DNA from: Phoronis australis
Taxonomy: Eukaryota > Animalia > Phoronida
Length of the DNA stretch: 64,000 nt
Direction of reading: 5' to 3'
Assembly (NCBI GenBank): GCA_002633005.1
Contig: NMRA01000242.1
Location: 346,868 to 410,867 of the forward strand
The position numbers and the translations under genes were made by a program. This document shows, one piece after another, positions 25,241-40,099 of the stretch (within the stretch, counting starts at the first letter, position 1; the number at the start of each line of letters is the position of its first letter). Below the pieces are notes generated by a model that saw only the letters and a list, made by a program, of their open reading frames with translations, was not told where the DNA came from and made no database searches.

Positions 25241-26558
25241 ATATCTCAACCCTTATTCACATAAATTGACCGTTTTTACAATGTTTCACATTAGTCAAAC
25301 AAAATACCTTATTTTCATTCTCGGAGAACCTTTAATTGCGAAATATACACCGTGTAGCATGAAAAAAAGATTTAGTAGAACCACCTTGGAAGCGCACAAT
25401 TGCATGGAGCTTTTTTACAGGGCAGTCACTCAAATCGAATCTCCCACTATAGAACAGCTCCATAAGTACCCTCAGTCCTCTCATTCACCGAATCGCCATA
25501 ATATTCAGTCAACAAGGTGTGCACATGATAGAAAGATGCCAGGGAAAACAAAGATGTCCGCATGCATACGACTGTTGAGAGTGAATGCTCCGAGTCCCCG
25601 CATGCCTCTGTGACTTTGTGTTTACGAACACAGCAAGTTGTGAAAAGAAATAAATCTTCACCCATAATTCATAAACTTGATAGGTAACTTGACATTTCGT
25701 TGTTGCGATCTCACACTCACATCATGCTTCGACAACCAACTCAATCTCTGTTGTCCATTTTGTACTTGGCTTCATATCAGTCTCCCGGCGTGTGGTGTGT
25801 ATAACTATGAACTACTTTTGAATAGGTCAACAGTTGACCCTGCCTGAACTAAAGACTGTCACAAAAGTAAAACTGTGTAAGTGATAATTAAGTTAATTGC
25901 ACAATGCAAATTCAACTGACATTGCACATGAATGTTGAACTAATTAAAGCGGCTAAGGGGTGTCTAGGTTAGTTTGTCCGAAAACAGTTTCCACCGAATA
26001 ATTAATTAAAGACCTTGAGATTTTCAGGTCTCACAACTTAACCGGTTTTTTCTCGGCTTGTGCAAATGGATTTAATTTGAACTTAGGAATACGAGTTCTC
26101 AAAAACGGCTTTGTGAATTTCGTTGAAACTTTCTAAACTTAATATTTATTCACCAATCTCTTCATTCTTAGGAATTCCGATATCAAAGCCTGGTTTTCGC
26201 ATAATGTAATAAAGACGAATAGGGCTGCTATTTTTGTAAAATATACCTTACCTTTTGGGAGTTGATTTGTTACAGAAACCAAAGTGAGACTAATAAAAAA
26301 TTCCTAACAGCGTTTTGTGGTAAGTGGTGAAGTTTTCATTTAAAAAAGGTTTCATTAAAATCAACAGAGGGGTTATTTTGCTATGAATGTGCTTTTCTTA
26401 TGAATGAAATTTTGCCTTTAAAAAGGTGTTTTAAGTAATAATAATAATGGCACATAAATATAAAACATATTTTTATAATCCCTGGTCTTTTTTTCTTTGA
26501 GACAATATACACTTTTACTAGTAGACAAAGCCGAGTTAGAATAAAGTTTGAAATAACC
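25241..26558 (+). mobile_element. Kolobok-type MITE family E, copy 2
   Basis: TTAA at 25237-25240 and 26559-26562; ends gtttgaaataacc; homologous to E1 and E3. Confidence 0.8.
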
Positions 26559-28007
26559 TTAAATAACTTGTCTCTGGGCTGGCATCCACCAATATACACG
26601 TAGGTGGCTTTAGGGGGAAGGGGGCAGACCCTTTAGAGTAAAAAAAAGCTTTCCGACCATGCCTACGTGAATATTTGAACTATATAAAGTGTGGTCAGGA
26701 CTCCGTCATGACATCCTAGATCAGCGAATGCAATGGGACAAAATTAGGAGTCAGTGTAAAGCAGCATCAATAAACTAGCTTCATATGTTCTAGTGTCTCT
26801 TCCTCCCACAAGAAACCAAGGATTAAACCAGGTGAATAATCAGGTGAATAACCAGATAGCCTGATAAAAAAACAGTGAGCATTTGGTGTATTATCATTCT
26901 AAACATGCAGCTATTAACTAAAGTGAAAAGAAGGCCTCTGAAACTATGTAAAGCTCGACCGGTTATGAACTATGCACAAGCTCAACTGGTCACAATTAAC
27001 TTATAGGGAAAGAATTTTTCTTTACAAATTGCAGGCTCTCTGACAACAAAAAGAATAAGTTCATTTCTGATATCACCAGAAACAAAAATGTGCTGAAGTA
27101 ACAACTGTGGATTGGCCAATCAAGGCAGATTTTTAAGCCTTGAAATGCGGTGCTGTTTCATAAACACTTCTGGAGCCCTCTTACCAAATGCTGCAAGTCC
27201 CCTATTTATGTATTTTCAATAATATTAATAATTCAAGGTATACTTTACTCTTGGTGTTATAGCTTAAAATTTATGTAACAGTAAATAGAGAATAGCGAAG
27301 AAAGGACAATCAGTGTTTGTACAAAGTCCACAAATGTGTTGAAAACTTACAGGGGCAATTCCATTTGTGATGGACATACAATCAGAGAACATTTTGATCA
27401 ATTGTGAAAAAATGTTCATCCTAGGAAAATAATTAATACATCAATTGATAGGTCTCGCTGATAGCTTTCAAAGCATGAATCAACTTTCCCCCATCTTTTA
27501 ATCTGACTGAGAAAATTGTTTTTAAAGGGGTGTGACGGGCCTACGCAGAGAATTTGAATTATTTTTAAAAAATTTGTAACGTTAATTTTCTGTGAGTTGC
27601 ATTAAGTTACAATTTTATGTTTTACATGATGATTAAGTGGAATATTTATAAAGTACAACACACTAATTTTTTTGATGATATCTGCTAAGAAATTTTTGTC
27701 AGAAAGCTCGACATAAGTTGAGTTACTGTGACGGACGTACGTGATGGACGTACACTCTGAATTTTTTAGTATTAAATTGTTTGTTGTGACTAAGATATCA
27801 ATTCAGAATGATTCAAACTTTTGCAGTATTTAAGCTATATTGGTCTTTAACTACTAATTCAATGTTTTTCATTAAAATGTACCGATTGACCTTTTGCATG
27901 AAATCATCACAGGTAGGGCTACACTAGGAATATACTCTAGGATTTTAACTTACAGACAACAACCAAGTCTCTGTTAGGACTGTTTCATGTAACCATGTAA
28001 CTAGACA

Positions 28008-28950
28008 CAGGGTGTTTCATCGAAATTGGAATGCAAGAGTAAAACAGATATCCCGGAATCAAAAACAGACTCCCGCACCTTCAAAACAGCTAACCAGCCC
28101 AAAAAACACGAAAAAACACAAACCCTGACCTTTAAAACAGGAACCCTGGGGATCACATAGGAAACCCAGACAATTTTTCAAATTTTCTGAGATGATCAGT
28201 AGCCTCTAACTTTGAATTAAAGCATCTTCAACTACTTTACAGTTACTTTCAGCATTGGTTCGTAAAAAATGTCAATAATAAAATGTAACTTGTATTATAT
28301 TGACTTGATTTGATTTTCATTGGTACAACTTGTGCAACTTGTCTGTGGGCGAATTTCAATATAATCTATATTCTCAACACATTGCTACCTTGGTGAATAT
28401 TTAGTTAATTTCAGATCATTCAATAGTTTCACCAAAAATATTTTCAAAAATGAAAAACAAAAATATTACTTCGATTTTCGAGTGCCAATGCTGATCGATT
28501 CCGTTAAATATCTTTACAACTGGCCGCATTGTAAGGTTTGGGGATTTACTTGTCGAGAGTACATTATTTCGGGCACAATCAATTTCCGGATTTTGCAGTG
28601 GACAGCGAGAATTATTCACTCAAAAGATGTGCACTGTCACCAATTTCACCGTTCTTGACCTCAAAAAGTATACTTCAACTTCTCATCAATCATTAAAACA
28701 GAATTGTTAATCTGAATTTCTAAACTCAACTCATTCACATTCTTTTTTGGCGGATCGTCTCTAAGGATTGGAAATAAACAGTGTTTGACAGAAGGTGTGG
28801 GGGTGGTGTTTCAACCCCTGAGTGTCCTGTCCGATCCACATGGTTCCTGTTTTAAAGGTTGGGGTTCGTGTTTTTCACGCTGATTGGCTGTTTTCGACTC
28901 CGGGATATCCGTTTTTACACCATGGCTCCCAATTTTGACGGAAAACATAG
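28008..28950. mobile_element. Long-TIR non-autonomous DNA transposon (CAG start, hAT-like)
   Basis: 28008-28170 is an imperfect inverted copy of 28820-28946 (gatatcccgga.tc.aaaacag...acctttaaaacaggaacc); TSD not resolved. Confidence 0.65.
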
Positions 28951-29589
28951 AGACACAAGTGTACAAATGTTATATACGTACTCTTGACACCAACAGTATC
29001 ATACAATAGTCTACCATAGTGGATAAAGTGTGAAGTACGGTCTGAGCAATGGAACTGTAGCCAGTTACCATGAACCAATATTTAGAGTATCTCCAAACAT
29101 CACCACATGGCCTGTGGGATATTAATAACCCATTCAATAACCTAGTTTAGAAAAATCACCAGTAGACATGACATAGCCTGTACCCAAGTTTGCTCAGATA
29201 ATGTTTTTGTTGAACAGAAAATAAGGATACCGCCTACTCGTTGACAACCAATTTCTCCCCTTAGTTTCCACTATCTTGTGTTGACTCTGCTCCTACCAAC
29301 TGGAAAGACGGACAATCAGTCACGTCGTCTGTGAATGGTCCCTTCTAGTTCTTGCCGAACACTTCGGAATCTCTTCAGTTTACTTTGTGTACTATTTTGA
29401 GCATGTGCTTGTGGTACGTTGCTTTCTTTTAACAGGTTACCAAACAAAATCTGAAGTCGTTTGGCAAATTGCAGGTTGCCAAATATTATCATGTGGAATA
29501 TCACTGACCAGTTGGTGGTCCATTCCAGTGAATTTGAAGGCGATGAACGATGAACGATCAAAGCATATAGCAATAAAATTGGTCATCGG

Positions 29590-30100
29590 ATACCAACCTT
29601 TGGGATGGAGCTTGACTTACAACAACATCATTGCCCGTCAGATACAAATGTCATCACATAGGATATCAATAAAGATTCATAGCCTACACAAACATGATGG
29701 GATATCAGATATAATCTGTGCACAATCAAATATCAACCTTTGGATATCATTTAACAGAGATTGGCCTACAAAAATATCATCGGCTACCAGACATAGTATC
29801 ATGTGGGATATCAAGAAACAGATCAAGGACTAAACCAATATAATTTGAAAACGAATATCAACCTGTCAGATATAAATGATCTGTGCATGGTCTGTAAAAT
29901 ATCACTGGTTGTCAGATATTAGCCTGAGGGATATCAATGACTTGTGTACAGCTTGTAGCAATATCAAAGGCTGTCAAAATATCAAGCCTTGGAATATCAA
30001 TGACCTGTGCATAGTTTGCAACAATGTAACTGGTTGCCAGGTATCAACCCTCAAGATATCAATGACCTATGCATAGTTTGTAGCAACATCACTGCTCGAT
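29590..30100. repeat. Old degenerate ~60-bp tandem repeat
   Basis: Recurrent gatatcaatgacctgtgcatag...atatcaacc motifs. Confidence 0.65.
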
Positions 30101-31101
30101 ATGTGGGAAACCAACACCATAGCTCTGATGAAAAAGGTACTGCTTTCAGCATTACTTCAGAACTGCACTTTGGGCACATCTAAAATCGTATGGTGGGTAA
30201 CGCCTTTACATGTAAGTTGCTGGCTATTTACCCCTTTCCACTCACGTATCTAACTTAAAAGTATTGGTTACAGAAAGTGCACGTAACTGGGATTGTGCTA
30301 AGCTTGCATAGAGACAGAAAAGTATCCTAAGATGGCGACTGTCAGTAAAGGTAAATCATGCTTTAGCCAGCATTACAACAATCCAAAATGTTCAACTCTA
30401 ATATAAAAACAAAGCTTGAACTTACTTACAAATCAAGAAAACCATTAAATAATCTCGGTGAAAGAGTTCTATTCACAAGTCAGCCATTTTAGAGCCACCA
30501 TAAGCCTGTTAAGTAGCTTTTTTATTCTCCCATGGCACACAAACACTCTGTTGCATAACATACTCAAAACAGGATTCAGTGAATAGATTTCTACAACATT
30601 CAACAATAGGTATATTGGTCATTTCTTGGTGGAGTAGTCAATGTAATCATCCATCCCTTTGGCAAATGCAGTGGCCATTTTGAGAGAAAATGTGTCTGAA
30701 ATAAGCTTGTTTAGATTCAGGCAACAGTCTAAACATAACTAAAGGGCAAACTCTGTTTGAAACAAGCTCGTTTGGATTCAGGCAACAGTCACAATTCTAT
30801 ACATAACAAAAAGACAGTACATGGCTAGATGCTAAAATGAAGCACTATATCTCAAGTTTTACAGCTATAGATTGCCAGGTGATCAAGATTTCTAACAATA
30901 CTTGACCAAACAGTTCTCTTAAAATTCCACATTTTGCATGAACCCTATATCCATCATCCTTGGTCACACTCTTAGGCATGATCAACTTTCGTTAAATACC
31001 ATGAAGGTTTTTAGAGAGATTTGCTGTAAACAGAACCAATGAACAGTAATAAGTTTACCCAAGCTCTAATGTGCCAATTGCGAATCTTTATTGCCTTTTA
31101 A

Positions 31102-31921
31102 GGTTATCTCAAACTTTATTCACAAAAATTGTCCATTTTTACAATATTTCATGTGTTTAGCAAAATACCTTATCTTCATTCTCGGGGAACTTCAAATACA
31201 AAATGCAGCCAGAAAAAAAGATTTAGCAGAACCACTTTGGAACAGCACAACTGCATGGATATTTGTTTACTACTTATTCGAGGTCAAAGGTTACAGAGCT
31301 GTCACTCAAATCAAATCTCCTGCCCTATGTACCTTCAGTCCTTTCCTTTAAACCGAGTCACCATAATATTGAGTCAACGAGGTGTACATATGATAGAAAA
31401 GTACCAGGGAAAACAAATTCAAAATGTAATTTTGATCCTGAGGGAGTTGTGCGTATAAATGCATACGACCATTGAGAACAAATGCTACGAGTCGCCTCAC
31501 GCCTCTGACTTCGTGATCACGAACACAACAACTTGTGAAAAGAAATAAATCCTCATCCAAATTCATAAACTTGATAGGTAACTTGACATTTCGTTGTTTC
31601 GATCTCATGCTAATGACATGCTTTGACCACCAACTCAATTTCTGTTATCCATTTCTTACTTGGTTTCATATTAGTCTCCCAGCACATGATGTGCATAACA
31701 ATGAACTTTGACCCATTTTTAAGTTGTTCAAACAACAGTAACAATTGATCCCACCTCTTTGCTGGGGGCGGTACATTTTAACCATAATGAAGTTAATTAC
31801 GCACTGCAAATTGCGAGTGAATGTTGAAATAGCTAACAAAGTTAAGGCATGTATAGGTTATATTGACTGAAAACAAATTTCCCCGAATAATTAATGGTTC
31901 CGAGACTGAGATTTTCACTCG
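31102..31921 (+). mobile_element. Kolobok-type MITE family E, copy 3 (truncated)
   Basis: TTAA|GGTTATCTCAAAC; colinear with 25241-26030. Confidence 0.8.
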
Positions 31922-31997
31922 TCATCTGTCAGGCAAAATCCTGGTTTATGCTCTGCCATGGCCCACCCCCAACTCAAAATCCTGGATCCACCCCTGA

Positions 31998-32665
31998 AAA
32001 GAATTTCATACATCACTCACATCCCACAATTCTAATCCAACGATTAACCGATTACGGTTGAATTTCCTTTCAGGAAGCGTCGTTATTTCTAGTGTTTCAT
32101 CGTTTTCAGTCGCTGCTCCAACTCCAACTTAGTCCGACTCGCCCACGCACTCCGTAATTGTTCCTCTCTCAAAGTTTACAGAGCACAAACCTTGACTTAT
32201 GTTGTTTGTGAAGACATTGACCGTTTCATTTATCCATTTTTCCACCAAATATTCTGTCTACTCCACGCTCCACACATTTTTGACTGCAGAATCGCACTAT
32301 TTGTCGCTGCGATTTTATACCAAACGCAGACGCCATTGATGAACCACGGTATCCCAGGCACAGGCGCTTGAATTTATCTGTTCCTCGATTGCCTCTGACG
32401 TCACTCACTACTAGGAAAGCATGTTTCCTGTATATGATACAAGTCATCGGGAAATTTGAGCGCCTATGATCCGCAATTACAATTTTCGTTCCTCTGACAC
32501 ATAAAGAGCAGTTTCGAGCCGTCGGTAACGCCGCAGTGAGAAACCAATTTGCTGCGATAATTTTATGGCAAATCCGATTTTTTCCGCAGAAGTATAACGA
32601 AAATACGTAGAGAGAACAAAAGAAAAAAGTGGAAATCCGCATTTCCGCAGAAAATTCCAAGCCTT
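31998..32665 (-). mobile_element. hAT-like remnant with decayed transposase start
   Basis: Terminus aggcttggaattttctgcggaaatgcggatttcc; minus strand MDK*..., later ERKFN..L..W. Confidence 0.4.
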
Positions 32666-34658
32666 GAATGACCCACCATTGGGTGCCCACCCGTACTGGT
32701 CTGATCCCCCTTATAGGTCAATGCCTAGTGCTGGTTTCACCCATGCATTCCGGTCTGATGGGTTCCATATACCTCATGCTACCCTGACACTCCATTCTGG
32801 ATACATACATAGTGTTAGCCTGGACCCCTGCATTCTAGGTACATGCTAGCTAGATCCCTGCCTACGTCCACGCATAGCTTGACACATTCCCACCCATCTG
32901 GGTACATGCATAGGGCTAGATTGATAGTGCAGACCATCGGATACACTGGTGGCGCGTGGTTCACCAATCTTACTTTTTGCCAAACAATTTCGACTTCTAT
33001 CTGTTCACTTCCTGTTGAAATTTAAACTGTGCATGCAAACGCACTGATTTTGTGAACCAAAGAAAGGTAATTAATCTAGGAAAACTGTTAGTAATTTAAA
33101 GTTTGGAACACAACACAGACTTTGAAACGGATTTGGGGGGATTTATTGTCTGACTAGCAGTGTCGACTTCGTGGCAACTTGAGCTTTTTCTTTGGGACCG
33201 CAAGGTCGCCAAATCAAGCGCTGTAATTGTTAATATTTCATTTAGGAGTACAAGTATTCTGTTTCAATTTATCAGAATTTGTTGGATTCTTTACATCAAA
33301 AAAATCACTGAACGTAGTGGTCACAAAACGAGTTCCCGCCACGCCATACCACCTTTGTTTGGATCAGCTGTTATTGTACTCAAGAGTCAATTTTTTATGT
33401 CATTTTCTAATAAATCATCATCCTCTCAAAATGGCAACCTTGTGAAAATGACGTTCTAGTTTCCAGTTGGGGAGAGTGAGAGACGTCCTTGTCATTTTTG
33501 AAGGCAAGCACTGACAAAAAGTAAGGCATGTGACCAATGTTCAAATTAGCGCCGCCTCGCAATAAATTTGCTAAACTATAATTCCAACACTGACAGGCTC
33601 ACTAACACTTAACTTCATGGTTAACCATAATTAACATCAAGGCTTCCATAGTAGGCAAGTTATCTGTATGGGAAAGAGCCTTTAGACTGATTGGTTGAGA
33701 CAAGCCAGCCTACTATAAAGCAATAGCGAATTGTTGACTATTTTGTACCCCTGAAATTACCTCCCTTGAGACAAATTTCATAACATTAAGTGGTCTAAAC
33801 CACAAGCTGGTTTTCATGATGGATATGGGTTTATAGCCACTGTAAACTTAAAATGTAGGCCAACACCAACATCTCATATCTAATCTAATGTACTCTGAAA
33901 ACACTAAAAAACAGAATCTGCTACTCCTAAACGATTATCTAAATTCTGGTTTCTTCTGCCCTGCACCAACTTAATACACAACTCCACTTACTATAATTGA
34001 AACTGACAGATATGCTAAACTTACCAACAGCAGGTAGTGCACATATGAATCAAATGAAAGCCAACATCTTGGCTATAAACACATACCGAAATATGTGACC
34101 TAGCACCACAAAATGAGTCTTAAGGCGGGATTTGTCATTGTTATTTTTTTCTGAAAATACAGTATTTTCTGATCATTTTGATGTATGAAACATGTCCTTA
34201 TCTTAACAAATGACCGAGTTAATGCCAATTCTAGTCGGGGAAATTGAAAATTTAGAGCTTACAAAAGTCAAGGAAAATAGCCCAGAAAAAGTGCCGATAG
34301 TGTTTTTAAAATTTCCATAGCAACCCGCAATTCAATGCTACATTCTAGACTTATTAGTATACACAACCATATAAACAAATAAAAGTAATCAAAAATTAGA
34401 AAAAATATAGACCTTATTACATAATTTCAGCCAAAACTGAGTGATATATATGTTGGGTTGCTGCAACTGAGCCAATCAGCTAATGTATACAGGATCAGCC
34501 ACTTGTGGCAGGAGGGGTTACCGCAAGTAAAACAGGTAGTTAAAGTGTAGTTTGGAGAAGTTTAGAAAAACGAAGTCCTGTAGATTACAAAATACACATT
34601 AGTGGCTGACTTTTGTTCACAATAATTCAAAATTTTACGCTAATATAAATAATTTTAA

Positions 34659-35510
34659 AACAAGAGCAACGCAGAGCGTTGAAATGCGCCCACAATTGCA
34701 CCGTATAGGGTATCCTTCTAGGGTTGTTTGTCACTTGTTTATTGGTACCATAAAGTCGCCAGTGGAGGGCATATATGTAGTATGTTGTACTTTGCAAAAT
34801 GGAAAGGCATGGTCATTGTCTCCTCAATAGGCTAGGGGCAAAATGTGAGTGATCTTCATAATACAAGCACATCCTATACATCAGTTGCTTAAAGCAACAC
34901 AGAAACAGAATTAAAAACGAATTTACCAACATAAATTTAGTAAAGATCCTACAAACGGTTTGGGAGATACAGCCATGGGCGCAAAAAAAACTGCCACTAA
35001 GAGGCGCTTCAGTAATCAAAGTCATGGGAAATTCAGCGTCAACTGTCCTCTTCATAGTAAGAACATACATGCCAATTTTCACAATCATACTTAGAGCGGT
35101 TTGGTTGATAGAGGGGTGGACGCCGAAAAACAGACTCAAAACCAGTAAAAATGGCCACTGGGTGTCGAAAACTATGTCGAATCCATCTGAAAACGGGAGG
35201 ATAGCGTCATCTCACTAATAGGTGCCTACATACATAATATCATGAAAATCCGTTCAGGACTTTTGAAGATACAAAGGTAAGCGTAAAAACTAAAATTGCC
35301 ACTAGGGGGCACACCAGTAGTCGGATCCGTCCAAAAGTTTGCATATGCCGTCCCATTCATGAATGGAACATATGTGCCAAATTTCATGAACATATGTCAA
35401 AGGGTTTTGGAGATAAAGCAGCGGACGCTGGACGGACGCCGCCCGGACGGACAGACGGACGGAGATGACAGCATAATGCGTCCACATATAAATATGTGGG
35501 CGCATAAAAA
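34659..35510 (-). mobile_element. Complete HINE (Helentron-associated, DINE-1-like) MITE
   Basis: 11-bp subTIR ATGCGCCCACA (34684-34694 / 35495-35505), adjacent inner IR (35476-35486), (GGAC)n microsatellite, central repeats, terminal stem-loop CAACGC-aga-GCGTTG, A/T-run insertion site. Confidence 0.85.
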
Positions 35511-38500
35511 TGACAATCACTCATCCCTATCCAAGTCAACTGACAATGGCTGCAGAGCAACGATTTCCTTGACTTCTCACCTAGTGATTCAGCCCTATCA
35601 AAGACTGTTCTCTCTTGTAGTTATACTCAGCTGCTTGCACCCCGATCCACTGGCTTTGCAGCTACAAGACATTGATGTGCGATTAAGCTAATCTAGACTG
35701 TTTTCTTCAAGTTCTGCTTGTTCCAATCCAACGTAAACGTATTCACGATGGGTCGATCATGAAACTCATCTCGCAAGGAGTTGCTGCCGTCAGACGACTC
35801 GTCGCTGTCACGAAATTCCTCCTTGTCCCCATCCACAAATGTGCTCTTCGATGAGTTCAGTTAATTCTCGATGATCTTGATACAGCAGTCAGCGGCAAGA
35901 GTTAATCACTGAGATATCAGCTACACAGCTGATCCGTGTCAACTTTTGTAGTGTAAAGGGCACTAAAGAAACTCAATTGTGGTTTGAGTTTCACTAACTC
36001 CAAAATTTTATAGACTATCCCAACTGGAGAATATTTACAGTAAATTGAGTGCACTAGACTGATCACATGATTGTATATCAAGTGATCCTAGCCACCATGC
36101 CCGACACCTGTCTGTGTAGAAGACTTTAAACATGGTGTCAAAATATAATAGTTCAGCATAACATAAATTCTTATGTCATTAAGTTAGGTTTCAGTTTCAG
36201 ACCAGACGTCAGATACTGTAACTTTCACATGAGCCACAATGCAGGCAACACATTGGCTGAAAAGTCTCCAAACTTTGCACTGTTGCATTCAGATGAGCAC
36301 CAAATCAGTAGACTCCAAGCAAGATGATCAATAAATTATGACAGAATTTGCACAAAATATACGTAGAACCACGAACAATGGTGCCTACAGAATAATTATT
36401 CACCGTACTCCTTCATTTATACAGGCAATTTTGGTTGATCATAATTTATCATAAAAGAATTGGAATTTTAATTTAATTAACAAAACTAGGTAAGTCATGA
36501 ATAATCCCCCCTCTCAGTATTAATGTGGCAAAATTTGGTGCAACTCAGAATCCCCACAAATTTGTGGCCCAAAGCTAACACTTTCCCTAATAAAAATTTC
36601 TTGAAAAATACATGGGCTTATTTATACCAATTTCCACACGGGAACAGTGCTACATCTCAATATAAAAACAGGTTTCACTTAATCAGTGCACAAGACTTTT
36701 GTGACTACCCGGTATATAGAGGGCGATTTTATACATTAATGATGCACAGCTATTTAGAAGGCTTTAGTCTGGTAATATAACTCAATTGATCATAAATAAT
36801 TGGTGATAATAGTGAACAAACAACACATTTTCTAGCATTGTCTTCAAAAGCCCTTCCTCTGTTCATAATAACCAGATGGCTATCAAAGAAGAGGAAAATA
36901 TTATGAATAGGTATACTATATAACCAGTCAGATGAAACTATTTTGTGAGACCTAAGTTGTTTTTCATTTTCACACTGGTCACTGTGCACAAACTATCCAC
37001 CCATCCAGTTGTCACTTGTCTGATTGTAGAACAAACCTGGCCTAAAGATGACCAACATATGCATCAAGTGACAAGAGTCAATTTGTGTGAATAAAAGACA
37101 CACCAAAGACAAGCAACACATGCTGTTCTAACAAGGCCAACTGAACACTATTTCACCCATCGAGAAACAATCTCCATCTATGGTCTAGACATTTCGAAGG
37201 TGAAACCCCATATCTAAGCTCAAATTGTTTCCCTTCAACTGATTTGGCTTGCACATGCATATGTAGTTATGTCTAGGTGACAAAAGAGAAATATTAATAC
37301 AGAAAACAATGGAAACCTGGCAGGAAGAATTCACTTAAGTTACATGCAAATATCAGACGGTGGCAGGCCTGGCACCCCAAACCTCCCCCCCCCTCCTACT
37401 AACATGAACAAATGATGCAGGGTAAACATCTTCCATTCTCAAGAGTGTAGTGAAAATGTCACACTAGAGCCAAAGAAAGTAGATGAAATGAAGCTCCAAG
37501 GGTAAAATAACACCAAGTCTCTCAACATTACATCCATAATCTCTGACAAATAGTCATATTGGCCACTTTCCAAAATCCTGGATTGAGCCCGAGTACTCCG
37601 CTATATTTTTGACAAGTGCAGCTGGAAAATCAAGAAAGTGTACTTAAAAGACAACATCATCCATTTGTAAAAAGCTTTCACAAAAAATCACCCTTTTGCA
37701 GGGTGCCATTTCAGAAGCACCACTCATTTAAATTGTTTTGTTTTGTAAAGTGTCACTGATAACTTTCTGTTGAGTGGCACTATGTACTGAATTAAATAAT
37801 AAGAAATCTTTTCTCATCATAGCATCTATTGTCCTCACCAACATCGCAACTCCCCTGTTTTGAGGAGTTCTCACACTCAATGGGAAAGCTTAACTCCCAG
37901 ACTTTACAGCCATCACAACTCCTCTCAAAATCCGTGGATTAATGTGGAGTTGTGCAACTCTGCTACAGTCGGAAAGACAATTCCTCTGGGTTACTCACTA
38001 AAGGTCGTGAGACGTGACATGAAACACGCAAGACTAAACGAAAGTCGCAAGACTAAACGAAAGTCGCCATTCCCGCTTTCGATGGTCATATGTAAAGGAG
38101 TACGAGAATTGAAATCTGACGGAGAGTAACACTAATCAGTCTGGCATTACTCATTGTAAACTGCAGATGTTTATTAATATCAAAATTCATTAGTTTGAGA
38201 GCATGATTCAAATACATTATCTGGTGCTTAACCCAGAGAACTAACGATAACTCCGATGCTACAAGTAAATGAGATGGTATGGTAAGTGAACTCTTAACTT
38301 GCCGTGGAATAACGATAGACCGAAATTCCACTAATAGGAAAGCAACATAAGGAATTAGGCGAGACCCGATTTTATACGGATGAGAGACATTATAAAAAGT
38401 TGGTCATTTGACAGAATGCCTGGGTTTATTGCACCATTATAGTGGGATTTCTCTACTTATCAAATGCTTAACTGCATTGATAAACTTGTAGAAAAATTTA

Positions 38501-39016
38501 AGAAATGTCGTTTTGTAACAACTCAATTGAACACACCATGCTAAAGATAAAATTTAATGAAAATTTGTTTGGGTTCCAACAGAAGAAATTTCTCAGCATT
38601 GCACCACTATCACACAGCATGGTTTGGAAAGTTCCACATTTTGAAAATAAGTTGGTAGATGAAAGATTCCTCATGTACACAATGTCCTGTAAGAAACTAA
38701 TTCACTGATGACACCGAGATAATACCAGATAACTAAACAAATGTTTCAAGTAGCATGAGAATGGAATTCCTTCATTTCTGTAAATATCCCTACACTGATG
38801 AATTGAGAAAAATGGTTGGCTGAAGACATTGTTTAGAAACTAAGCTCCCACACAAGGTCCATTATTTGCTTGAAAAGCCTAGCTGACAGTGGCAAGTGAC
38901 ACAGGTTTAGCAGTTTACAGACAAAACACAATCATCAATTGGCTTTCCTCCTATTTCCCAAGGTTGTCTTCAGGTTATCTGCATGATGAAAGGAAACTTT
39001 GATTGTGAGCTGTCAC

Positions 39017-39214
39017 TGAGTTGAGATGATACACCCCTTCAGCGCGGACTGCCTGTGAGTTGAGGTGATACACACCCCTTTAGTGCGGACTGTCCATGAG
39101 TTGAGGTAATACACACCCCTTCAGTGCGGACTGTCTGTGAGTTGAGGTGATACACACCCCTTCAGCGCACACTGTCTGTGAGTTGAGGTGATACACCTCT
39201 TCATCACAGACTGT
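39017..39214. repeat. 41-bp minisatellite, ~5 copies
   Basis: Unit tgagttgaggtgatacacaccccttcagcgcggactgtctg. Confidence 0.9.
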
Positions 39215-39550
39215 AGGTGATAAAGATAACATATTGCTTACCTTTATAGTACAGTTCTAGACTGCCACAGTAGTGTGTGCCAGCTGTTAACCCATATTCG
39301 ACAACTAAAGTGGGTTACCTCTCACTAACAACACAAATTTTCAAAATTCAAAAATAATTTCTAGAATAAACTTAACTTCAAAGCTTTATAAACCTCGCAT
39401 GACTGGAGGTCAGTGGATGATAGACGTTATCGAATAAAAAATATTTATTTCATTAATTTGGAAAAAGACAACAGACCGGTAATCTACTCAAATTGTGAAT
39501 AATTCTCAAGTTTCCAAAGCTAAATGCATGCTGGTTCAAATAACTGAGGT

Positions 39551-40099
39551 CCTTATTTGATGTATAGGTGCTTTCACGGTAATGTACCGACTTATCTATC
39601 TCGTAACCTCGTACTTGTTTGAAATAGCCACCAGATCAGGACAAGATTTTCTGCCTCAAACAATTTGGTTTTGCCCAGACACAGAACACCGTTTTATTCT
39701 AAGTCCTTCTTTATTCAGACCATCAAACATTGGAACAATCTGCCTAATAGTCTTAAGGATGCTGACTGTTATGATAATTTCAGACACCACCTCATAAGTT
39801 ACCTGTGGTCGTCATAGATGTCCCTCCTTTTTGTCTTTCCAATATATTTACCAAAAAAAAATTATTTATTTATTTATCTTTAATTCAATTTGTTAATCCA
39901 ATTTGTAAATACTATTTTATTTAATGTATCTAAATGTATCTTATTGTATCTTAATTTAATCTGTTTATCTAACTTAATTTAATTAATTTAATTTCATACT
40001 GCAGAGGACCATGCTGGATATTAGCCTTTGGCTAAAGCATGTTTTACATTTATAGTATTTTTATCCTCTTTAAATAAAGTTTATTATTAGTATTATTAT
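39551..40099 (+). mobile_element. 5'-truncated L2/CR1-group LINE 3' end
   Basis: MYRCFHGNVPTYL...TRFSASNNLVLPRHRTPFYSKSFFIQTIKHWNNLPNSLK...* (39560-39817, one internal stop), then an AT-rich UTR, AATAAA and a (TTA)n tail. Confidence 0.85.
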
